In this document: positions 11,346 to 23,985 of the stretch, piece by piece
Numbering within the stretch: position 1 is the stretch's first letter
Layout of the letters: every line of letters starts with the position of its first letter
Assembly: GCA_002269645.1 (NCBI GenBank)
Contig: NIVC01001069.1
Coordinates: 248,001 to 312,000, forward strand
Source: Macrostomum lignano
Taxonomy: Eukaryota
Length of the DNA stretch: 64,000 bases
Direction of reading: 5' to 3'
Position numbers and translations under genes: made by a program
The notes under the pieces: generated by a model
Databases searched by the model: none
Told to the model about the DNA's origin: nothing
Seen by the model: the letters and a program-made list of their open reading frames with translations, nothing else

Positions 11346-12209
11346 AGAGAATTTGCAAAGGCCTCAAAATCTTAGTTTAACATGCATTACTCCCATCTTT
11401 GCCTTTTTCCTAACTGTTAACAAGTTTTTGTTTGAGCATGACTTCAAATTTAGAATCTATGCAAAAATAGTTCCGGGAATTAGAATTCAGTGGCTTAAAA
11501 ATCTGTGGGTTTTCACAGCTTGTATCTCTACTGGATTCGTATTCTGCATCTGATGAGCCATCTGAATCAGTCAGGGCTCTCATCTTCCATGCCAAATCGT
11601 CTAGCATATCGTTCTTGAGCTATAGGTCACACTGTATTCACTTCAATTACTTCTGGACATTCATGAATCATGACTTTTGTAGTATGCTCACTACACTGTA
11701 CTGACAATTTACTAATTGCTTCATGCTGCCACTAGATGACATACTGATTAGCTGTTATAAAAACGCGAAATCTGCACGCAGCACTAATTAGCTGGCGAGG
11801 CATTTAGCTTTAAAAAAATGGTCATAGTTACTCCTGCCGTTTACCTAAAGTTTTTGCTTGGCTCTTTCATAGGTAAGTCGCATTTTTTATCGAAAACTAA
11901 GTCGCACGGCCAGCGTAATTTCAGAAGTTGCGCATGTATGTCTTGTTGTCATAGGCCTATTATAATTATAAGAATAGCATGTAATCTTAATCAAGTTAAG
12001 TTCTAGTTATCTAGTACAATAATATAGCAAGAAAATTCTCATTGTTTTTACTTTTTAATAGGCTAGCATATGATGTCTAGCCTAGTAAAAGAGGAAAATG
12101 AATTAAATACATTGTCATTGTCATTGTCATTGATTATTAGGTCAGACCTAGGCCTATAAAAAGTTTTGGGCAAAATGATCATAAGGTATAATCTTCTTTT
12201 TCTACTGTT

Positions 12210-13115
12210 ACATCTCTTCTCTTTTTCTTTTCTTGTTTTCATAAATTATAATTTCTTCTTTTTCCTATTTCTCTTTTCTTCACTATTCCTTTGTCCTTTC
12301 TCTCATCTTTTCTTTTATCTCTTGTCTTTTTACTCTTGTCTCTGACTCTCTTATCTCATTTCCTTCTTCTATCATCTACTCTCTTAATTGTTCTCTTACC
12401 TTTCTCTTCTGTACTTTTTTTCCCTTTTTAGACTCCTCTCTTTCCTTTCTCTCTTCTTTTCCCTTTTCTATGCTCCTTTCTCTCTTATCTCTTTTTCCAC
12501 TCTGCTTTCTCTTCTATTCTCTGTTATCTTTTCTTTCTGCTCTCTTATCACCCCTCTCTTTTTTCCTTTTCTTTCTTCTACTTTTTCTTTCCCTTCTCCC
12601 CTATTTGTTCTGCTTATCTCCACTCTTTTATCGACTCATATTGTCTTTTTTCTTCTCTCTCTCATCTTTCTCTACCCTCCTTATTCTCTTCTAATTTTTT
12701 CTCCTTTCTCTCTCTTCTCTTTTCTCTCTTCTTTCCTCTTATCTGTCTTTTTTCTTCCTTCTCTTGTTTCATCCCTTCCTCTTTTTCTTCCCTTCTCTTT
12801 CCTTTCTTCTCTCATCTCTCCTTTCTTTTTTATTTCTTTTTACTCTCTTTATCCTCTCTCGTCTCTCCTCTTTTCTCTTTGTTTTCTATATTCTCTTCTC
12901 TCTTTTTCTTCTTTCCCCTTCTCTTCACTTCCCTTTTCTCTTAGCTCTCTTATCACTCATTTCTTTTCTCTTCTATACTTTCTCTTTTCCTTTTTACCTT
13001 TTCTCTCTTTCCCCTCTTCTCTCCTTTTATTTTCTCTCAATTCTCTCATCCCCTCTCCAGCCTCTCTTCTCTGTTCTAATTGTTTGTTCTCTCTCTCCCT
13101 CTGCTTTCTACTCTT
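12210..13115. repeat. Degenerate CT-rich polypyrimidine tract
   Basis: Almost entirely C/T; the overlapping F/L/S-rich ORFs are compositional artefacts. Confidence 0.9.
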
Positions 13116-13380
13116 ATCTACCTACACTTGTAGCCATGAGCTAGATTCTTTATCTAGCCCATGAGATAAAAGTTTGCCAAATGCCAACCCCTACTCCAAA
13201 AGCCAGTTTTTGGGACATAAGTACTCTCATGGATAGTCATAGTTGTTTCATTCCGTAGGCTATTGTGATTGTTGACTGCTTCGATCATGTCATCTTTCTG
13301 GCTAATTTACAGTCTGAATCCATAGCAATTTGCAATTTGGGAGTCCATAGCAAAGTAATTTATAAATTGATACATGGATT

Positions 13381-13645
13381 CATACATGCGCAACTGCTGG
13401 CCGACCTGGCCAATCTGGCCACCGTAAATTGTGGTGGACCAGGGGTAAGTCGCAAAAATGCCCAGCCTAAAGAATACAGATGTAGTACTAATTAGATGAT
13501 GGGGAATTTAGCCCTTATAAGACAGTCATAGTTACTCCTGCCGTTTACCAAAAATTGCGTTAGGGTTTCTTTCACAGGTAAGTCGCATTTTTGGTCAAAA
13601 AGTAAGTCGCATGGCCAGTGTAAATCAGGGGGTTGCGCATGTATG
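13381..13645. mobile_element. MITE-sized (265 bp) copy of the same TIR family
   Basis: Same 14-bp TIRs, about 75 bp left and 120 bp right subterminal homology to 9587-11940, and a perfect 8-bp TSD CATGGATT at 13373-13380 and 13646-13653. Confidence 0.93.
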
Positions 13646-15127
13646 CATGGATTGATAGACTGAGTTTTTATTTTTATAGATATAGATAAGAAAATGATGT
13701 TTATCATATCAAATATAAGTATTATTTAAAATAGCTTTCAAAATCTTACCTCAATTCTTAATAATTAAATGTCTTAAGTTTATACATAGCATAAGTAAAT
13801 AGACTTATTAAGGTTTTTACTGAATAAAAATAACAATAATAATAAGATTAGAAAATGATGATCCTAATTCTAAGAATAACAAAGAGCTTTCATCTAACCT
13901 CCCACTGAGCTTTAGTTAGTCATTCAAACAAGTATCTAATTTCATTTCGAGTATATCTGATTAGAAAGGCCATGCCTTATCTCAATTAGTGCCATTAGCA
14001 TTTTTCAAGTTTGCACTCCATGCTTATAACTTTAAGGTGCAGCTCTACATTTTCATTGGCCAATTGTTCCACAGTTATATCTTGGGCTACCAGATCTATC
14101 TACAGTCAGCTATGAACATAGAGGTGAAAAATGTGTACAATAATATCAATATTGCTATATATTACCAAGTGGCAATATCCCAATTGTAACCACACAAGTC
14201 ATGTAACCACAACAAAAACTATACAATGATGAATACCAAAATACAAATTGTTTCAAACATACAAGTAAATTACTTAATACCATTGTGGCATGTGCACTAG
14301 TTTAGGAAGACAGTGGGGGATTTCAATGATGCGGCAGCAAGGGCAGTCTAAAGAAATCTTTGCCTAGTTTATCATCATCATTTTCCTCTTGATCCTCTTC
14401 TTCCTTTGCTGCAACTTGTTGCTGCTTTTAGAGCTCCAGCACTTCTTGCTGCCTTTGCACATTCACTTGCTGAAACTTTAATAGCTGTTGCTATCATTGC
14501 AATAGCCACTGTTGCTCCTCAAGCAGCCAATTGAATTTAGCAAGTCTGTTTTGCTAGGGTTAGGCATATCATTTTGTTGCAGTAATTGCTACTGCTGATA
14601 TAGGTTCACTAGCAGAGCTCTGCTCAATTCCTAGTTGCTGTTGGTCTCCAAACTCTTCCTGTAAGTCTTCCAGGTAAGGTATCAAAACCTTGCCTTGTCC
14701 TCTATCATATCTTCTTCTTCCTCCTGCTCATTATGCCAGTCTATACCTTTATACTCGTAGCTGCAAAAAGCAACTATACAGTAATATTCCTATCTTGACT
14801 GCATACAAGTATCTCCCACCATTGTGGCAATACCTGACCATTATTTATCAACTATTCGCAACCTAACCTAGCTGAGGAACTTCATTCACTTCCCTAGTTC
14901 AATTGATACAGATAAATCAAGTAGCTATAATTATATGTACATATGCAACAACAAAGCCTTTGTAGGATAAAATGAACAACACAAGAAAAAGGTAATATCA
15001 AGCAGGACTAAAAAGCATATTGAGTGCTGGCAGTTGCCAAACTGGCTAACTATAGGTATAAAACATTTTGAAGCAAACAGCTTTTTTCTACATTTGTGTT
15101 AAATTTCTCTTGGAATAAAGTCTTTTA

Positions 15128-16070
15128 TGAGGGGTATTCCATAAGTACTTATACTTTTGCATGCTACTCATGAACAATGCAATCAATCATTACAAGTTAG
15201 GTGTCTCTAGAAAGCAGCTTTTCCCTTCTACAATTTGCTACCAGAATCATTTGGTTCTGTCAGTTTTATCAAAAGTTACAACTACATATGTAGAAAAAGG
15301 TCACCCATAGACTTACAAGAAATTTGGAGAAGAGTAATTGCAATATTAAACTGGGAACCCATCAAGCAGTCAGCTTGGCAAAGTCTATGTGTGATAAGTA
15401 GCAGTGCACAGTTTTGCTTGGGGTATCCAGCCTGTCTGCCATCTGATGAATAGTCAGCCAACAGTCTAGCAGATCCAGAATTAGCTCAATAAGAGCATCA
15501 GAGCCCAATGTGCTAGGTTGGCCAGACCTGGGCAGATCAGCAACATTGGTCCTTCCTGCCTCAAACTGCTTAACCCAGTTGTAAACTGTCATCCTGCTTA
15601 CCCCGCTAGCTCTATAAATGTTTCATAAATCTGAAAAGATCTCAGAGCACCTCTTTCCAAGCTTCTTAAGTGTGAAAATTGCAGCATGTAGTCCTTTTGA
15701 GTTCATATTCATGGTAATGCAGCAGCCAAGGTAGGTGATATGCTCTTCAAACAGCAAGAAAAAGCAGTGAAAATTTCTCAAGAAGTCACACTAACACTAA
15801 AAGTTTGACTTCTCAGCTAAGCTGAAGCGAGAATTTTCTATAGAGAAAAAATTTATGCCTTCAAGAAAGCAAAGGAAGGTGAACTAAAAATTTTTTGCAA
15901 CATTTTTTCTTGTAAGTCTATGGGTGACCTTTTGCTACATATGTAGTTGTAACTTTTGATAAAACTGACAGAACCAAATGATTCTGGTAGCAAATTGTAG
16001 AAGGGAAAAGCTGCTTTCTAGAGACACCTAACTTGTAATGATTGATTGCGTTGTTCATGAGTAGCATGCA
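15128..16070 (-). mobile_element. Internally deleted mariner (Tc1/mariner) element with ~165-bp inverted arms
   Basis: Inverted repeat 15158-15322 / 15906-16070; mariner-like end TA|TGAGGGGTATTCC at 15126; minus-strand transposase N-terminus. Confidence 0.85.
15353..15712 (-). pseudogene. Mariner transposase N-terminal DNA-binding fragment
   Basis: MNMNSKGLHAAIFTLKKLGKRCSEIFSDL*...TVYNWVKQFEAGRTNVADLPRSGQPST...KLTA*WVP. It stops just after the WVPHEL-type linker and has two in-frame TGA stops. Confidence 0.85.
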
Positions 16071-17662
16071 TATATGCAGAGACAAACAGTACAGGTATAC
16101 AAAAGCTGGATTTGAGGTAAATGCCTGATATATAGCTTATACATCATGCTGAAATTCAAACTTATTACTATACCTTTTCTTATAATATACACATTTACCT
16201 AAAGTCTACAAGTACCTTAAAATGCATCACACGTGAAATCATAACAGATCAGACACCTAGAATAATTAATAACTAGAATGACAATATAGGTCACAGGTCA
16301 CAGGTCAAGCAAATACAGGTCACAAATCTTTTCCACAACTTCTTTTCACTGTACAAACCATAGCCACAGCATTTAGCTCAGTTAATTAGATGTCCAACCA
16401 CAGCCTTGAATTAGTGACAGTTGGGACAAACTCTGTTGCTGAATAATAGCTGCAAAAGTGAGCAAAAAGTTTTTTTTAGAATGCAACTAGCAATCTACGC
16501 CTCTCACTGGGGAGCCAAAGAAATGCAATACACATTTTTTAATAAGCTACATGTAGCCTTGAAATCTTAAAAAATCTCCTGTCAAACTTCTAACCCTAAC
16601 TCTAACCATAACCCTAAATTTAATATTTTGTCCATGAGTTTTTGCATGACACTTCCATTATTTTTTGCATGATGCTTCCATGATTTTTACATGATGCTTC
16701 CATTATTTTTGCATGACGCTTCCATGATAAACATTTTTAATAAGCTACATGTGTTAAGTTATAAGCTACCCTAACCCTAACCCGAATCTTAACGCAATAA
16801 CCCTGAACCTAACCCTAAACCTAAACCCTAATACCAACCCTAACACTAACCGTACAGCCTGACATCTGCATAAGTTTGTGAAGCGCTAGTAGTATTTTTT
16901 AGCTTAGTATCTTAGCATTAGGGAGCCAAAAATACAGTACAAGTTTTGTAATAAACTACATGTAGCATCTAATAGCCTACTGAGTTAGTAAAAAGCTAAG
17001 CACCTGTGATGCAACAGTCACCTCTTCATTGCATTTGATGCATTAAAGTTGTTAAAAAGTCACTAGAGTTGCCTTAGACATGTTAGAGTCACTAGAGCAT
17101 GGTTTGCAACAACTCTCTAGTGACTCTTATCATGGTATCATTTTCAACAGGATGGCCAATATAATTGTGGCATTTAATCAAAATTTGGTTATTATCTTTT
17201 TTTCTAGAAAAATATTGTTCCATTTTTTTGTTCCATTTGTTCCATTTGTTCCATTGTTCCATTATTGTCTAATTATTGTTAGACATTTATTATTTGTTTT
17301 GGCTTTAGCTTATTATCCTTTTTGCCCTAGTATAAAAAATAGCTTTCTTTATTAGAATTTAATGATCATTTGATAAACTATATAACCTTACCTTTGGCCT
17401 TGGCCTTGAAATGGCACGATTACCTATAAGGGTCAAAATGCATTGGCAATAAAAAATAAAAAAAACAAGTTAATTTTTGTTCTCTCCTTCGTGACCAGTG
17501 CCATTTCAGGGGTTAGTGCATATATTCCCATAATTATGATGTATGATATATTTTATTGACAAATTTTTAATTTCATGGTATTTTACTTTTTCTTATATAT
17601 GAGGTTTCACTAAACTAGACAAGAATAGCCTTAATTGTTGAAAATATTTCAATTTTGCAGCC

Positions 17663-19693
17663 ATGCAAACAGCGCGCCAGTGCCAATTCAAGCTTGTGTT
17701 GCTGGGCGAATCGGCGGTTGGCAAATCGTCTCTAGTGCTCAGATTTGTCAAGGGCCAGTTTCACGAGTATCAGGAGTCAACCATCGGGGCGGCATTTCTT
17801 ACACAGACGGTTGTAGTTGACGATGTTACAGTGAAGTTTGAGATTTGGGACACGGCTGGTCAAGTGAGTTTTTTTAGTTTTTTATTTCATTCTTCCAATG
17901 TTAATTTTCATTTCTACGTTTTATAAATTCCTAAATCTGTTTCGTCCCATCAAGATCTCCCTGAATCCCATCAAGATCTCCCTGAATCCCATCAAGATCT
18001 CCCTGAATCCCCTCAAGATCTCCCGGAATCCCCTCAAGATCTCCCTGAATCCCCTCAAGATCTCCCGGAATCCCCTCAAGATCTCCCGGAATCCCCTCAA
18101 GATCTCCCTGAATCCCCTCAAGATCTCCCTGAATCCCCTCAAGATCTCCCGGAATCCCCTCAAGATCTCCCTGAATCCCATCAAGATCTCCCTGAATCCC
18201 ATCAAGATCTCCCTGAATCCCATCAAGATCTCCCTGAATCCCATCAAGATCTCCCTGAATCCAATCAAGATCTCCCTGAATCCCATCAAGATCTCCCTGA
18301 ATCACACCAAGATCTCCCTGAATCCCATCAAGATCTCCCTGAATCACACCAAGATCTCCCTGAATCCAATCAAGATCTCCCTGAATCCCATCAAGATCTC
18401 CCTGAATCACACCAAGATCTCCCTGAATCCCATCAAGATCTCCCTGAATCCCATCAAGATCTCCCTGAATCCCATCAAGATCTCCCTGAATCCCATCAAG
18501 ATCTCCCTGAATCACACCAAGATCTCCCTGAATCCAATCAAGATCTCCCTGAATCCCATCAAGATCTCCCTGAATCCAATCAAGATCTCCCTGAATCCAA
18601 TCAAGATCTCCCTGAATCCCATCAAGATCTCCCTGAATCCCATCAAGATCTCCCTGAATCCCATCAAGATCTCCCTGAATCCCATCAAGATCTCCCTGAA
18701 TCCCATCAAGATCTCCCTGAATCCAATCAAGATCTCCCTGAATCCAATCAAGATCTCCCTGAATCCCATCAAGATCTCCCTGAATCCCATCAAGATCTCC
18801 CTGAATCCCATCAAGATCTCCCTGAATCACGTCAAGATCTTCCTGAATCAAATCAAGATCTCCCTGAATCCCATCAAGATCTCCCTGAATCCCATCAAGA
18901 TCTCCCTGAATCCAGTCAAGTTCTCCCTGAATCACGTCAAGATCTTCCTGAATCAAATCAAGATCTCCCTGAATCCCATCAAGATCTCCCTGAATCCCAT
19001 CAAGATCTCCCTGAATCCAGTCAAGTTCTCCCTGAATCACGTCAAGATCTTCCTGAATCAAATCAAGATCTCCCTGAATGTTCAGATCATGAATCTTTAG
19101 TAGAGCTTCCTGAATCCTAAAAAGCCTTTCCAAATACTCATATAGATGACTCAAAATCTAAATGAGATCTTCCGAAATCCCCATAAAATCTCCAATGGGA
19201 GCCACCAGATTTACACAATCGCCCAACTCACACCGGAGTGACATGAACACCCACCCCGCAGGAGCGGTACCACTCGCTGGCTCCAATGTACTACCGAGGC
19301 GCCCAAGCGGCCATTGTAGTGTACGACGTGACCAGCTCCGATTCGTTTCAACGAGCCAAATCTTGGATTCGCGAGCTGAACGAAAAAGCCACCGCGGTAA
19401 AGGTAGTCGCTTTAGCCGGCAACAAAGTCGATCTTCAACAGCAGCGGCTGGTCGACTTAACTGAGGCTCAGCAGTTCGCCGACGACAAAGGCTTGATCTT
19501 CATGGAGACCAGTGCCAAGACGGCTATGAATGTCAACGATCTGTTTCTGTCTGTTGCTAAGCGGCTGGCTCAACTGGGCGACGCGGCTGGCGGCATCGGC
19601 GGCGGCGCCGGAGGTGGCGCTAGCGGCGGCCAGCGGCTGCAGCAGGGCGGCGGCTCCGGCGACTCCGGGCGCGGGTCGTCCTGCTGCAAATAA
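17663..19693 (+). CDS. Rab5: Rab5 small GTPase, 210 aa; coding exons 17663-17863 and 19262-19693
   Basis: [39 protein letters not shown]|[26 protein letters not shown] and C-terminal CCK prenylation motif. Phase-0 intron GTGAGT (17864) to CCCCGCAG (19261); acceptor TTTTGCAG 2 nt before the ATG. Confidence 0.97.
17946..19078. repeat. Intronic 21-bp minisatellite (AAGATCTCCCTGAATCCCATC)n
   Basis: Period-21 array filling most of the Rab5 intron. Confidence 0.96.
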
Positions 19694-22139
19694 TCGACTT
19701 CTATACTGACTTAACTGACCCACACTGTTCACAAGCTTTGTGTTCGAGGCACAGTGACACAGGCAGATTTCATAAGCAAAAATAGAACGGCAAATTCTTT
19801 AATTAATTAATAATGTGCTTGCAGGGTTTTATTTATTAAGTTAGATTTATAAAGAAAAATGATGTATTCGGACATATTTGCACTTTTTTTAGTTAAAAGT
19901 GTCGTCTGTCCATGTTTCTGGGGGCTTCACTCCAGCGCGAGATCTCTTCTCTGTCTGTCTCTATCGCTCTCAGTGCGTTTTTTGCTTTCTTGAAATATGT
20001 GAAAGTATACGAATATAATCATCTACGTTTAGTAAGCACCTGTCGTGTTCGTATTCAGTATATTTTGTTAATTTTTTTCTGTGTTTCTTTCTTATCCAGT
20101 CTACAGCCGCTTATAATAATGATAACTGATATTGGTGTCACTTTTCTTCACATATTTACATTCTTTTGTAAAATGAGATTTACTACTACTTTCTAACCAT
20201 TCAGTAGCGAGTAAATAGATAGCAGTTACTTTTTGGAGGAAGGCGCGAAGTTGGGCTTCTTTCTAAACGAGAGAATCGCGAGACAAGTTTTACGAAACAA
20301 GTGCTAGATCAAATGTACATTGCCCACGCCCGGCAGGCAGTGTACATTTTAGCTTGGCCCAGTGGGGGGAGGGGGTTGGGCAATAAATCGGGGCGCGGGG
20401 TTTGTATGGAAGAAAAGCGCACGAACAGATAAGGGAGAGGGCAATAAAGAAAATTAGCTGACAGAAATCACGTGACGTGAACTAATGTACATTGCAGTGT
20501 ACATTTAATCCTTGCCCAACGCGGGGGTAAGGTTGGGTATGAAAACAATGTTTAATGCTACTAAATTGTTAAGTAGCTTAAACGAACAAAGTTAATTATA
20601 AATTGGGTGTTTTTCTTTACGATTCTGCTAAACTAATATTAATTACAAATTAAATCTTCTCGTTAATAATTGCATTGATTTCAGAGCAAATTTTTCCTGT
20701 CCTCAATGATGACTAATATCTGTTTAAATTTGTCTTTTCTGTTGCTTTCGGCTTTCCTGCTTCTGTTGGCAACACATTAAGATAAAATATATGAAGTTTG
20801 CTTACACTACTGCTTTCCTATTGTTAGTAGTTGCTTTTGCTTAACGTCCCTCTTTCACTTCTTAATCTAAATTCTTCAAGGTCGATAGTACGAATTGGAA
20901 ATAAGCGCGCCATACCACTTATTATTAAAGTTGGTAAGAAGAGTGTTCAGCACATGCACAGTTATTTTATGTAGATATTGAAAATTGCAATTCTTTTGTA
21001 AAAAAAATCACTAAATTCTAACCATAACAATGACATTGCGAGACTAATATTTTACTAACAAGAACTCGCACGCGTGCTTACGTTCTGGTCTGCTTTTTTC
21101 TACCTCTCTCTCTAAATTCTTTCTTCATCTTAATCTCAACTTGAACTCTCTCTCAGTCTCTGCTTCTGTTTATGTAGATTCTTCAGATGTTTGCCCTGGG
21201 GTACAACTCATTGTTGTTGGAGCTAAAATGTTTAGACAATTTTAGTGTACTTATAGTAGTATATTTCTAGTTTAGTAGTGTAGACCTGCTTTTCATTTTT
21301 TTGTCCCACCTTCTGTTTTCCTGTCTGCCTGTCTCCCGTTCACTATTCAGTATATAATATAAGAAATTGAAATTTATTATTTTTACTACACATATTACTC
21401 TCAATACTGTGTTCGTTCATTTATTGCCATCTGCCCCTCTGCACAGTAAACTCGACCAGATGCTTGTACAAATTTTCAGTTGCTGCAGTCTGGAAAGGAA
21501 GATAAAGTGTCGCGTTCGAGATTTAACCTTTATTGTTGGCGTCATCAGTAATTGAAATTAGCTTCAATTAGAAATTAGTGATTGAAATTGAAATAGGGCA
21601 ATTCCCGAGCTGTTTAATCCTCAGTTTATGTTTTTTCTTCCTACGAGCGTACAAATATATAATTAATATTTCTACGTGTTACATATGCAGTAATATTAAT
21701 ACAAAGTATAACAGTTAATATTATATTACTACTATTAATACACGATGGCATGAGGCATGGCAGAAATTTTCTCCTGTGAAGTCTGCTATCTGCAGGCTTA
21801 TAATTGCATATATATTCTATTATTAATAAATATACATTATATTATGCATATATTCATCCAAACAATTACGAAGCTTTGTTGTGTCTTTGAAATGTGCTTC
21901 TTTTTACTCTCTTTTGTGGTTGTGTGCATCGATAGGTGGTTTAATAAGCGCAGCTATAAATATGACATCTTCTAAAAGAGAAGTTGGCGGAAATTGCTTT
22001 AGGAAAACTTTGCGATAACCTATACTCAATGCGGCCCTTTTTGGCTCCCACTACGCTTAAATACTGTACGAGGCGTTTATTGGGTTGGCCTAGATTAAGT
22101 ACTTTGTATTATTCCTATCGAAGTCAAAGTCCTATCGTT

Positions 22140-22625
22140 AGTGCCACTTTTAAAATATTTGGGTGCCAGAGCGAAGACGGCGCACTAGCCAAGGCAATGC
22201 AAAAGATGCAGGACGCCCGGGAGGTCATCGAGTGCCACTTTTCAAATCTATCGGTGCCATTTTGAGAGGTCATGGTCTGGAGTGCCATTTTTTTCAAATC
22301 TATGGGTGCCAGAGCGGTCATCGAGTGCCACTTTTCAAATCTATGGGTGCCATTTTGAGCGGTCATCGACTGCCGCTTCAAATTTATAAATGCCATTTTG
22401 TGTAGTCATTGAGTGCGACTTTTTAAATCTATGGATGCCCTTTTGTGCGGTCAAGTGCCACTTCAAATCTGCATGTACAGTATGAGTGCCATTTTGAACG
22501 GTCATCGAGTGCCACTTCAAATCTACATGTACAGTATGAGTGCCATTTTGAGCGGTAATCGAGTGCCACTTTTCAACTCTGTGCATGAAGGTGCCATTTT
22601 GAAAGGTAATCTAGTGCCACTTTAC
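22140..22625. repeat. Degenerate ~45-50-bp tandem repeat (GTGCCACTTTTCAAATCTATGGGTGCCATTTTGAGCGGTCATCGA-like)
   Basis: Recurrent GAGTGCCACTT / GTGCCATTTTG motifs. Confidence 0.75.
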
Positions 22626-22969
22626 ACTTTTGGTTAGATCCAGATAGGCCTGATGCGAGGCGTTTATTTCTGTTTCGGTGCATCGACATCAAATGGCTTC
22701 TTTCGCTCTGCTGAACTCTGCAGTGCGTCCACTGATTGCAGCTCACAATGTAACTGATTATGATTATTACTGCCGCATCAAGGATGCACTCTAATTAACG
22801 GTTATCAGACCGGACTGAGCTGTGGTTGGAGGGCACTGTAAAGACAGGTGAAGTGAGAATTGGCAATGCGCGTGTACATTTACATGTACATGTAGGTGGG
22901 GGCAATAAGACCGGCGCTCAATGCTACTTCCTTTTTTATTGTATCTTTAAGTATGATAAGCTTGACCTG

Positions 22970-23985
22970 GATCCCTGACCATCTGACCCAGGTGTCTCTT
23001 AGATCCTTGACAACCTGACCCAGATGTCTCTTAGATCCTTGATCACCTGAGCCAGATGTCTCTTAGATCCTTGACCACCTGACCCAGATGTCTCTTAGAT
23101 CCTTGACCACCTGAGCCAGATGTCTCTTAGATCCTTGACCACCTGACCCAGATGTCACTTAGATCCTTGATCACCTGAGCCAGATGTCTCTTAGATCCTT
23201 GATCACCTGAGCCAGATGTCTCTTAGATCCTTGACCACCTGAGCCAGATGTCTCTTAGATCCTTGACCACCTGAGCCAGATGTCTCTTAGATCCTTGACA
23301 ACCTGACCCAGATGTCACTTAGATCCTTGATCACCTGAGCCAGATGTCTCTTAGATCCTTGACCACCTGAGCCAGATGTCTCTTAGATCCTTGATCACCT
23401 GAGCCAGATGTCTCTTAGATCCTTGACCACCTGACCCAGATGTCTCTTAGCTCCTTGACCACCTGACCCAGATGTCTCAAATCCTTGACCACCTGAGCCA
23501 GATGTCTCTTAGATCCTTGACCACCTGAGCCAGATGTCTCTTAGATCCTTGACCACCTGAGCCAGATGTCTCTTAGCTCCTTACCCTTGACCACCTGACC
23601 CAGATGTCTCAAATCCTTGACCACCTGACCCAGATGTCTCTTAGATCCTTGATCACCTGAGCCAGATGTCTCTTAGATCCTTGACCACCTGAGCCAGATG
23701 TCTCTTAGCTCCTTGACCACCTGACCCAGATGTCTCAAATCCTTGACCACCTGAGCCAGATGTCTCTTAGATCCTTGACCACCTGAGCCAGATGTCTCTT
23801 AGATCCTTGACCACCTGAGCCAGATGTCTCTTAGATCCTTGACCACCTGACCCAGATGTCTCTAAGATCCTTGACCACCTGAGCCAGATGTCTCTTAGCT
23901 CCTTGACCACCTGACCCAGATGTCTCAAATCCTTGACCACCTGACCCAGATGTCTCAAATCCTTGACCACCTGGCCCGGATGGCC
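22970..23985. repeat. 32-bp minisatellite (CCTTGACCACCTGAGCCAGATGTCTCTTAGAT)n
   Basis: Period 32 with shorter variants. Confidence 0.95.

Larger units (their letters stand above)
9587..11940. mobile_element. Non-autonomous TIR DNA transposon, long copy (hAT- or P-like)
   Basis: Perfect 14-bp TIRs CATACATGCGCAAC (9587-9600) / GTTGCGCATGTATG (11927-11940); perfect 8-bp TSD TCTTGTTG at 9579-9586 and 11941-11948. No transposase ORF recognised. Confidence 0.92.

Noticed and set aside
11548-11585. CTGATGA motifs here and at ~15445 and ~59135 as extra hammerheads
   Set aside because: No stem II followed by GAAA and no cleavage triplet in a pairable arrangement.
11410-11607. 65-aa minus-strand ORF inside the TIR element as a possible transposase relic
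   Set aside because: No recognisable hAT or P transposase motif.
17898-19154. 400-aa and 407-aa ORFs (ISLNPIK / IQGDLDG heptads)
   Set aside because: A 21-bp unit without stops gives long frames automatically, and they lie inside the canonical Rab5 intron.
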